Source: Ascidiella aspersa
Taxonomy: Eukaryota
Direction: 5' to 3'
Length of the DNA: 64,000 nt
Assembly (NCBI GenBank): GCA_963924565.1
Contig: OZ004607.1
Coordinates: 32,550,001-32,614,000, forward strand
How positions within the stretch are numbered: position 1 is the first letter of the stretch; each line of letters begins with the position of its first letter. The position numbers and the translations under genes were made by a program. Below are positions 46,001 to 58,000 of the stretch, one piece after another. The notes beneath the pieces are model-generated. The model was not told the DNA's origin. It ran no database searches and worked only from the letters and a program-made list of their open reading frames with translations.

Positions 46001-49000
46001 CTGGTATTATTTACTTCGTATTAGGATAAGTTGGTTCAACTGTGCTTGTCTTGCTTACCTACAGAACTCCCGTTCCTGTCTATAACAGTGGTTCTCAACC
46101 GCCGGTCCGCCAAATATATTACAATTTTACATCTCAAATGCAAAACGCAAGATGTTAAAGACTTGTCCATCAAATTTAGAACTTCGCCAGTTCCATAATT
46201 GTAGCATTGTGACGTAACATGGAGTTAATGATACTTTGGACTTCATCGTAAGTCACAATGCTGCAAGTGTTGTGTCCGACTGTTTAAAAATAGGCTACAA
46301 CTCGTTTCAGTATTAAACTTTAAGACCAGTAGTATGTGAAAGCTAAGAAGACTTTTAATTGCATACTTTTGTCGTAATGAAAATTTGGGTTGATTTTGAT
46401 TTTTAAAGGTCCACCGATCCGCAAAATTTGTTTTGAAATTTTACCGGTCCGTAAGCTATAAAGGTTGAGAACCACTGGTCTATAAGATAAGGTTTACCAT
46501 GGTCAGATTTATTTCGGGCTGATTAAATTTGGTCCTATTCCGTAAGATTTACTTGACCAGATATTTAACCAGGTGAGAGTTAGTTCAACGGAATATGATT
46601 TGGTTTGACATGGTTGATTTCGTTTAAACTAGAGAATTTTTTTTCTTTTTAACAAACTTCAGTTGTTTTAGCAAAACTTGTTCTCTCTGGTAGCCTTGGT
46701 TGTTATCCAATTATATGGCCCTTCCTGGCTAAACTTAATATGGCCTTACCAGTTATCAGGGTTTATTAAACTTTATAACATATTTGTGTATCTAGTTTGA
46801 CTATTCGAACGGAATAAAAGTGGAAACTTGACCTTTATGGTGTTCAGTAATGCACTTTTAAGCCTTAACTTACAGCATTCGATAATTTCAATTTCCGCTT
46901 ATTCAAGAAACAGTTAATCTACTACGTTGAATAATAAAAATAATTATGGGAATAAGCGGTCAAAGCTCGGCGTTTTCTATGGTTTAGTGACCCTACAACA
47001 AAGCGTTCACTTTTTTTTCTTTTTCTAATTAATTGATAAATATGCCCAGTTATTTCCGATGATTCATTACGTGTGGATCGGTCCTCTACTGGCACTCGCG
47101 GTTGTCTTTCTGCTTTGGCGGGAAATCGGCGTGTCGTCGTTGGTCAGTTTGGCCGTTCTTGTCCTCACTGTGTTAAGTCAAGGCTTTTTCGCGCGATCGT
47201 TTGGACAAATAAGGTAAACGGTAGATTTCACAACCTTTCCCCCAAAAAATCTTTTTAGTAGTACATTTGTTGTTAAGTTTTAAAACAATATTACCGACGA
47301 GACTATACACTTAGCTTGGATACATTGCCGTTTTAAGAAGAAAAAATCGAAAGCACTTAAATCGTAGCCGCAAAAATAAGCCCAGTTTATTTTTCGTACT
47401 GTATCCATGCAATTTTGCATTTGCATTTGCAATTCAGGGCCAAAACAGCTGTCCGGACTGACGCGAGGGTCCGTATCATGAGCGAGATTCTTGGTGCGAT
47501 GAGGGTTGTAAAGTTCTACGCCTGGGAGAAACCTTTCAAAGAACTAGTTGGATCTGTGCGCCAGTTCGTGTTTTTTTTATTCATAAATCCAGAACCACAT
47601 AGAGAGTTGGCTGCAAGGCTAAAACTACCCAGAAAAGTGTTTACCCAGGTCACAGCCATAATGTTCTGTACACTGGCCCTTAAAAATCTGAGACTTAACA
47701 CAACAAAACAAAACTAATTGTGTACATTTTTTTGCGTTTCGCACAAGTCCTGGTACCTTAGTTAACTCTTGTCGACTAAATCTTATTAATAGCAAAAGTT
47801 TGTATGCCAAATTTCCATAAAACAACTACAACCAGGTCTTATATTTTAATAAATTCGCATCTTCTTTAATGTACACTGAATGGTTCAGGTATCGGTAAAT
47901 ATATATTCTTCTTTTTGATCTGACATTTACTGTCTAAGGCAACACTGCTTTATTCTTAATATTGCCTTAATGCGAAAGTGAATCACCATATTGTCGCTTC
48001 CACAGAGCAGAGATCAGCAAAATTCTTTGGTCGAGTTACCTGAAAGCTTGCAACTTCGCCACCACCTACTCGAGTACTCGGGTCCTTCTACTCGCCACTT
48101 TCGCTCTCTACTCTTCACTGGGAGGAAGAATCACCTCGACTCTGGTTAGGCTTTCAAGTTTATAATTTGCTTTTCGACACAGATAAACTATGACGATTTC
48201 GCTTAACGTAGAGCTTTAGTGTAATTTAACCTTTTGAGAGATGGAAGTATTTAGGTAATTAGGTCTACTGTTTTGTAATAACCTAAAAATCAACAAAACT
48301 TTTATTATAATGATGGTGAGTGTTATCTAAGTATAATGAAAACACGTAACTTGCTTAAAGAAATAAACTGCCTAACGCAAATATTCCTTTTTCCAAAAGC
48401 TGGGCAGTCAATACATTTTACATCTTCAATGTCTTACAGCTTCAATCTTATATCTTCAATGTAAGATGTATTCATCTTCAACGTCGAAATAACTTTGTTT
48501 TGAATATAGCAATACATTTGGGTTTGCAAGTAGCCTTGTTTGAATGATTTTACCTTTTATTGATTTTTAGATTTGAGGTTGATTTTGGGAATCGTACATT
48601 GCACATGTATTACAACATAAAATAAATTTCTTGTTCAGGTATTTTCGGTACTGACTTGGTTCGTTACGATTCGACTTCCACTGAATAAATTTTTCCCAAT
48701 CGGAGTCGAAAATCTGGCAGAATCAAGGATCAGCCTTAGACGAATTGAGGTCAGAAAAAAGACAAATTTGAGATGAATTTTTACTTCAAACTATGTTAAC
48801 TGAGATATGCTTCCATTTTAGGATGTTTTGGGAAATATATGTATGCTCTATATTTTTTTGGTAATAATGCGAAGACCCTTATTACCAGGGTTGAACATTA
48901 CCCGACAACAAAAAAATTATCTAAATGGAAGCTTAGAAGCTGATGAAGCTAAATAAAGTACTTTAATGAATTGCCGATTTTAGTCAATGTAAGTTAATTA

Positions 49001-52000
49001 ACCTCATAAATGAGCCTTCACAACCTCATAAATTTTTTCACGCAAAGTCTACTACATTGTATCTTTTAACAAATAAGTTATCCAGGACTGAAAGAAATCA
49101 TACTTGTTTTAGCAATTGAAATTGTCTTGGATATTCTCCTTTATTATATTTATTCAGTTAAAAGGACGACCCCCCAATAACGAGAGTATCCTTTAATTGA
49201 AGACTTTCTTACTCTTGGGTGAAATCGAAACGCTGTCCAAAGGCGCTCTAAGTGATAAAAGCGCCGAAAGTAGTGAGCTGGACCCAGTCATCGACTTTCA
49301 CAATTTTACTGCTTCATGGGATGACGTTAATCTGGCGTTCGAGGGAGATCATGAGGTAAAAAAGCATGACGGCCATGTGAAATCTATAGTACGAAAAAAA
49401 GTTTTTAAACGTGTCGTTAGTTACTTAGTAAGAATATCAAAGCCCATACAGAGGTAGGTCGCATTTGAACGTATTCGAATATCACTTTGTTCATTTTTTA
49501 ACAGATATGTCCATTTTCAATAGATGATGAAAATCAATAAAGAGATATTCGAAAGGTTCAAAATGCTGCTTACTTCTGTATGGGCTTTGACATTCTTACT
49601 ACGTCTTTGTATAACCTCGAACCTTTATGCTCCATTTTCATTATAATCAATTTGGGAGCCCTTTGGCCTACCGACAAACCTTTGACTTGCAAGCACAGCA
49701 TTTTGAATAAAACTTAACCAACCCTTTGATATACTTCTAGTACTGCATTATTTTCACCAATTTCATCTTGAATAATTAGGTTTAAGGTCTTATTTAAACG
49801 TAACAAACCCACATAGCACGCTTAACGTGTTGTACAGGATACGATGTCGGACCGAAGAGATATTGCCCTGGACCATATCGACTTGAAAGTAAGTCCTGGA
49901 CAACTCGTTGCCGTTGTCGGCCCGGTCGCTTCTGGCAAGGTAAGAACGGCGCCTTTGTACTTTGTAAATGTGCAAGCAAATTAACTTTTTTTAAACACGC
50001 CTGCAAATTGTGATAGGTTGTTTTGACAATTTAGGCTTGTTAATGTACCCAGATCAAGCCGAAATTGCCTTTTTCCGGATTACTTGGATGTTTTTTGGAA
50101 TTTACGCCTGTTCTTAGTTACACAAATATTTTGTATCACAAGAATTAAATTCAATCATAAAGATTTAAAACGAAGAAAATCAACTTTATATAAAAACTTA
50201 TATATATGATGAAAAATGTCTTACCAAGTCGGTTGCTTCACAATAAGATCATTAAAAACCTATACCAAGTGTTGTCTTCTATCTTAATTTCCAGTCATCC
50301 CTACTAAGTGCCATTCTGGGGGAACTCCCTGCCAAGTTGGGCAGTGTTGACGTCACGGGCCGGATAAGTTACGTCAGCCAGGTTCCGTGGGTGTTCTCGG
50401 CAAGCGTGCGCGACAACATCTTGTTCGGGGAGAAGTTCGACCAGGAGAGATACGACAGCGTGGTGGAAGCTTGCGCCCTTGTCAAAGTAAGTGTGTTAAT
50501 ATGCAACTCCAGTGTTGCAAACAAGTCACTTTAAAATTACTTGAGTCCTAGTCAAGTCTTTTTGAATAAATTGCAAGTCAAGTCCCAGTCCAAGTCATCA
50601 GTTGCGCAAGTCAAGTCCCAGTCAAGTCATAATTAGAGCCAAGCTTCAAGTCACGTCCCATTATACAGGTCTCATACCTGTAGTTTTGGTTTCATGTATG
50701 TTGAAAACTTGTTAAGCCCTAGCTACCAAACATCGTTAGACCTTATACAAATAGCCGTTTACACGCTTAGTTTTTGAACTGGCTGGCAATAAATCAAACT
50801 TTACAAAATAATTTAATTCCCATAAGGTCATTTGTGCTCGTTACATACTTTTCGTATTAAAAAAATAAAGCAAGTTTTATTTGGCAAAACGTTTTTGGAC
50901 ATACATTACTTTTACGAAACTTAACCAGCAATTTGACGCGGATAACGCAAAATGAGAAAAAAAAAACAACATTTTATCAATTTTGCAGGATATAAATAAC
51001 CTGAAAGACGGTAGTGACACTCTCGTGGGTGAACGGGGAGTTACCCTCAGTGGGGGTCAAAAGGCCCGGGTGAACCTGGCCCGTGCTGTCTATCGACTCG
51101 ACAGCGACATCTACTTGTTGGACGACCCCTTAAGCGCAGTCGATGTCGCTGTAGCGAAACAGCTGTTCGATCAATGTATTTGCGGATTTCTCAAACACAA
51201 GGTTTAGTTTTGGCATTTTGGTAAAAGTAATGATTACTTATTTTGTGCTGATAGCGTTGAAAGTTTGTTTGACGACTTTTCTTTCGCAGACCAGGGTCCT
51301 TGTGACGCATCAATTGCAGTTCTTGAAAGATGCAGATTGCGTGGTCGTTTTAAACCAGGTAAAATCCGGAACCTTAACTGGATGCAATTTTATTTGCTTT
51401 ACAGTTTTCTCAAAAGCTTTTTAAGGCACAACACTATCGCAAAACTTCACTGACTTGAAATCATTCTAGGAATTTCAGGTTACTAAACAATTGTGTTTTT
51501 TTATCATAGGGTCAAATCTCTTCAATTGGAAGTTTCGCCGATTTGCAAACGAGAGAAACCAATGTGAAAGAGTGGTTAAAATCTTCCGATGATGAAAAAT
51601 CTCAAAATGCAAGTGAGTTTCTTTTTGCCTTTTTAAAATTATGAAATACAGGCATTACATGAAAGATACACAGAAACATAATACGTGTTCAACAACTCTG
51701 ATGACCAACGATTACGGCTTACCTAATAGTATTGATAGATTCTTAGACTGCGATAGCTTTCGATGTACGTAACATAGTATATGTCATATACACTATTTTT
51801 TTTTTACTTACAACAGATAATGTACAAGCCTTCGGCAATTCGATTGTGACAAACGATAACATTGCTGAAACTGCTGAAAAAGCACGAGAAGACAAGGTAA
51901 AACAAAATATTATGGACTGTTTTATAACGTAACGGATACCTTGAACGTCAGGTAGTGAATTGACGGTTGAATTAGGGGTGTTTGATATTTCTAATTTAAA

Positions 52001-55000
52001 GCTGATCACAGATACCAAGTGGAAGTATCGGAACTCTGATACTAGGGTGGTATGTGCCTATTTAATAGGAAATTGATTTTGGCATTTTCAGACAGACATT
52101 TCTAAATAATTAAATAAGCGTTGTACACTTTATAAAGGAGGTATTTCTCTCTAAGTAATAAAGGAGGTTATTTCTCTGTAAGTAATTTTTAAATTAAAAT
52201 AGTCGGAAACAAATTGCGTTTGAGCATTTTAGTTGATTTAACTTGTACATTTCACCATAATTTTAACGTAGTTTAGTATTGGTTTGCTTGCCTAAAATAT
52301 CGATATCGGAAGAAAATAGATGAGATCGAACATCCCGATTTACAAAAAAAAAACGTTTTTATACCTTGACAATAAAATAGATATACTTTGTTATAAATCG
52401 CAGCAGCAGGCCTTAAATATCGACGAAGAAGTAACTAAATCGCAAGGAAGCATCGGGTGGAGAGCGTACGCTAAATATCTTGCGAGCAACAAGTTTGGCT
52501 TTGTGATATTGTTCCTTCTTCTGGCTGTCAATCAAACGCTCTACGTGCTTTGCGATTGGTGGATTTCGGTTTGGTAAGCTTCGCCCTTTTGGGGGATTCA
52601 TCTGTGGAGTGCTATTTTTTAAAATATGAAAAATAGCGTTATCGTTTTTAATTTGTATCCTAAAGTTTGCTAAACTTACTCTGAACCATTATTTAGAACC
52701 ACACTATATATTAAACACTTAAGAATCGACCAACTTTTTTATCGGCTGAGTTGTCAGTTTATTTATGAATAACATGGAATGCTCTTATTAGTTAAATATT
52801 ATCAGTGGAATGCTAATAGTTAAAATATGAAAAATAGTATAACTTGGCACATCCAAGTAGGTGTGGTTTTGTCGATGTTATCATGCAACTAAACCTCCAT
52901 AAAGGGGGTTACATTGCGTCTCAGCATGTGTTAACGCAAACATTATGCATTTCAGGGCTACCCAGTCTGAAAATTTCTATAAAACAAAGAAATCACTCAT
53001 GTTGAATAACGTTTCCGTGACCAATGGTAATAACCAAGTCAATAAATCAAGAAACGCTTTACCGAAGCTGGAATCCGATTTTGACGACCGCTATTACTTG
53101 TACATTTTCTCGTGTAAGTTGCCGTATTGTTTTTATTAAGTTGGCATAGGCCTAAACTCTAGACTAAGTATTGGGAAATATATTAAACTTGACATCTTAG
53201 ACTTAGTGCATCACTTAGGGGTTACCCGAATCTTTTCTAAAAACTCCGGTTTAAACTAGTCTATGTTAATGCTATTAACGGGCATAGCAATTTATCTTTA
53301 TTGCTATGTTTTAAAGATTAAGGTTCAGTTTTATTTACGAATAATTGTTCACAGTGGTATTTTCTTTTCAAAAAAATAAACGAAAAAAAATGATAAAAGG
53401 ACAAAAAAACGACGAGAAAAATATTTCCTTAGGAAGTAAATAAGAAGATTGTAGAAACGTCATTGCTTTGCTCGGTTTTCTTGTATTTCAATTTTACAAG
53501 TTTTACATTTTCACGACGCCAGACCTTACAGCTGCATTTGTGATTGTGATGTTTTCACGTACGATCCTGCAAAACCACCACTTGGTGGTGTCGGGGAGGC
53601 GTATGCACGGCAAAATGCTTTTGGCGATTTTGAAAGCTCCAATACGATTCTTTGACTCAAATCCAGTAGGTACGTGATTAACGCTTTAAGAGCTTTACTA
53701 TTTTTTGGTGGTTTACATTCACATTCTCTAGGTCGAATTCTAAACCGCTTTTCAAAGGACATGGGACAAGTGGACGAGTTACTTCCCTGGATGTTCATGG
53801 ATTTCTCATTTGTGAGTTGAAAACGAACAACGCTGCGTTCCAACTCTAAAATTGTTTATTTAAAAAAAAATGATTTTGTGTGGTTTATTTAGACTAATAT
53901 TATCTAATAATTATTTGCAATTTTGTCTGAGAAAACTTGTAGTTGTATTCTATATTCTATTCTGATCAGCATAATTTTTAAGTCAAACCGTGTAGGTTTG
54001 GTTTAAAGTAAAAAGTAAATAGAGTACTTACACAGTATTTAATTTCATATTATCCTTTGCAAATAACAATTTTAGACAACAAAGCAGACAATGTAGCTCA
54101 CTGGTACGCTAAAAACAACAACAAACAACTCAGTCAAAATGTAACTTGCAAGTAATTAATTTCTCCCAATATTTTGTTTTTAGACCTTTTTTCATATAAT
54201 TTCCATCCTCATTTTGGCGGCAGTAATCAACTACTTCGTACTGCTCGTCGTCACTCCACTTGTGCTTTACTTTGTGTGGTTGCGTCAGTACTACGTTAAG
54301 ACGTCGCGCGACATCAAGAGATTCGAAGGGGCAAGTGGGTTATTTACTGTAAAGTGGCGAGTTCACAGTCCAAACAATTCACACACAGCCTCTTTTCAGG
54401 CAGAAGCCCAGTGTTTTCTCATCTGTCATCGACCCTTCAAGGATTGACAACGATTCGGGCATTTCGCATGCAAGATAAATTTGAGAACGCATTCCATCGT
54501 TTTCAGGATGTGCACAGCAGTGAGGCAGTTTCTTAATAGCTGAAAGCTTAAAACTCAGTGGTTCTCAACCGGGGTGCCGCGGCGCTCAATGTGCCATTTT
54601 TAATGTCTAAGGGTGCCGAGAGATATGAAATAATTTTTGAGAATTTGATTTTTGCTTGATTGGTAGGCTTCTTGAAAGAACTAATTGTGCACGATTAGAG
54701 ACCATTATATCAAATGACGTTTTTCTTCATGTTTTAAGTTGATTTTGTTGTTTCAGTTCCATTTATAGTGATATTTCAGTAAAATACTCGAAAAATTCCT
54801 GCCTGGGTACGAAAATTCCTGCCTGGGTGCCGACAATCCATTTATTATTTTTGAGGGGTTCTGTAAGCCATGAAAGGTTGAGAATCACTGGCTTAAACTA
54901 ACGTTGATTTGTTAAGCACCAAGTACCGTACGAGCTTTTAGTTAATAATCTAAACTTTTGTTCCAATTCACGTTAAACAATAAATGTTACAAAATATTTA

Positions 55001-58000
55001 ATAAAAACCTTTAAACAATAATTATCGTCGGGTACTCTTAAAGCTAGCGGAAGATTTTTACCTGCATCCGTATATCTTTAAAAATGTCGGTACTGTGGCT
55101 TACGAAATGGTTAACGCAGTGTTTCGCAACCTTTTTTGGTTTGCCGCACCCTTGTTTGTATTTGGTGAGTGGTTGAATGTAACGTTACAATAAACGAGAT
55201 TGAAACAGCACATTACCTGTGCAACAAGGCTGATAAAGTTATTGGAACTTTTAGCCTACTCAAGTAATTGTATCAAGAAGCTTACTAATAGATCAAAAAA
55301 TGGAATCCTAAAGAATTTGAAATACCTCTCGGCACCCATGAGCGTTAAAAAATGGAAACCTAGAGTACCGCGGCACCCCAGTTGAGAACCACTGATATAA
55401 ACGTACCGTAACCTTGGTTAAAGTTTGAAACCTTCAATAATAACGTTGTGCAGTATACGTTTGGATATGTTTCTTTTATAGGGGCTTGGTTCATGTTTCT
55501 GTGCTCAAACCGATGGTTAAGCGTTCGTCTCGACGCGCTGAATGTGATCTTCATCGGCGGAGTGGCCTTCCTTTCCTTGCTAACCACTTCACTGGTGAAT
55601 TTGGACGCGGGTATGGTCGGCCTGATTCTTGCCTACGCCACGCAGATCATGTTTATCTCCCAGTGGTGCGTTCGGCTGAGTGCCGAAGTTGAAAATCATG
55701 TGCGTTATCCAAGGTTGACTCCAATTTCCCACCATAGAAATACCAAACGTTTAGAGTAGATTTGCGGCATCAAGTTTTTTGCATACTTAGTGCTGTAAAC
55801 AAGTCATTTTAAAACGACTTAAATCCTAAGTCATTTCGCAAAGTAACAAGTCAAGTCCCAGTCCAAGACCTCAGTTACCGAAGTCAATGCCAAGTCAAGT
55901 CATTATTAGAGCAAGTCATCTTCAATCAAATCACTGGCATCAAAACAATACCCTTTAACACTCGTCAAGTCGTTCGATTTGGAGCAATATATAAACTAAA
56001 AATAAGAACAAACATTATGTAGCAGTTTGATTTTTTTTACGAGAAACAATTAAGATAGTTAGCTCCATTTTATAGCAAAGTGTTAAGCGAAAACTTTTGA
56101 TTTCAACCCAAGTCATTTGACTATTTGACTTAGTCCAAGTCGAGAACTTGTCAAAAATACTCTTAAGTCATGTTAAGTCATTTAACCAAAACGACTTAAG
56201 TCAGGTCATATCAAAACATTGACCTAAATGTACTTGAGTCAAGTCATTGCACTCAACAAGTCAAGTCAGTCATTGCACTTAAGTCATTGCAACACTGCTT
56301 TTATGCGTAGATGACCTCAGTTGAGCGAATCCAGGAATACTGCAACCTGCCGCAAGAGGCGCCGCACAGCATTCCCGCTTCCAAGCTGAACTCTGGGTGG
56401 CCATCTAGCGGACGGATAAAATTCGACAACTTGTCGTTTGCCCACTTCAAGGGAGGACCTGACGTTTTGCGTCGCCTGTCTTTCGAAATCCAGCCAGGAG
56501 AAAAAGTAGATAGAATAATCTGTTATTTTTAAGCGAGAAACTATATCTAATTTTTGAGTAACATTGTTCTTCGTTTCGTATTGCATACGTAAAAACAAAT
56601 TAGGATTTTCCTAGCATGAAAGTTAAAAACTAGGATATAAAGCTGTTTACAGCCACCATACAACAGTAAAACACAAAGCATGTAAATTTAAATGAGAAAA
56701 AGTGACACTTTTGTTGGTGTTGGGATGCACTTGAAGTGTTAAAACAAAAAAAAAAAATTTATTTCATTCATTGGACTTCATTTGGTGAACTTAAAAATCG
56801 CCGGTAAATCTCTGTTATTTAGGTTGCTTTTCTTACATTTTCCCTTAACTTCTAACAGCTTGGAATTGTCGGTCGGACTGGTGCCGGAAAAAGTTCCATC
56901 ATCGCGGCGTTGTTCCGCTTGAACGAGCACAGCGCTGGAAAAGTGCTGATTGATGACGTGGACATTTCAACGATCGGCCTCACCGATCTTAGATCCTCGG
57001 TTTCGGTTATTCCCCAGGTACCTCCGGCAAAGCTGGAATTTTCGCCTTGTTTGGCATTTAACGACTTAAGCTGATCCGACTACTTTGGAATAATTCAAAA
57101 CGTCTCTTTAAGGCCAAGAAGCATATAGCTTAATGAAGCGAAATATTTTTTCTTGCAACTGTTTTAATATCGCCACAAGGTTGCACTATATAAGGATTTA
57201 AAAAAATAAATTATGCAGTGCATGTTGTTTTTGCGCCTGTTCCAAGAGCTAACTTGCTGCATAAATAACATTGTGACATACGACGAGTGTTTTTCAAAAT
57301 TTCATTAGTTAGGTTACTTTATATGTACGCTACATATAAGAACTCATGTAGTCACACACTTCAATTCTTACCACTTTGCAAAGCGTTTTTATTGTTTTAA
57401 GGATCCTACGTTGTTTGCGGGATCTCTTCGAAAGAACATAGATCCATTTGCAATCTACACGGACGATCTATTGTGGAGTGCTTTGAAAAAGGTCAGATCT
57501 AACAGTATTTCATGTAGAATTATTTATCGCCGAAGGTCGTATAAAATTTCGAGTTGTTGTAGAGTTATTTGCATTTTAAACAAAACGACTATGCAAAGCG
57601 GAATTGGTTGATATGTTACCTTTTAAAATTAAATCGACAGACAAAATTAGTTTTCAAGTTTAGTGAATTGGCAATTTTATGATTGGCATGAGCTTGCTTC
57701 GGACAAGTAATGGGTTTATACAGTTAACTATGTTAGGATTTTTGTAGATATCTACTCAACATCGTACTTCTGTCACACCCGTAAGAATAAAAGGGTTTGT
57801 TTTTAAACCTTATAAAGTAAATGGATTGATTCGAATTAAGAATCTTGGCAGAATAGTATTCTTCTCTTGTTGAAAAAAGTTGTTGTGGATCTTTTTTATA
57901 ACCTTTGTTGTTTTGATAGGAGCTTATAAAGTAAAAGTAGGATTTCGCATTTCAGGTCGAAATGAATGAATATATTCAGAGTTTTCCCGCAAAGTTAGAG

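Noticed and set aside
54329-54336. Possible GC-AG donor (GG|GCAAGT) in ABCC4-like exon 21
   Set aside because: The canonical GT at 54335 gives the phase required by the next exon.
55788-56297. CAAGT arrays as CRISPR-like repeat-spacer structures
   Set aside because: Irregular 5-bp motifs inside a TIR-bounded element in a eukaryotic intron, with no fixed repeat/spacer lengths and no cas genes.
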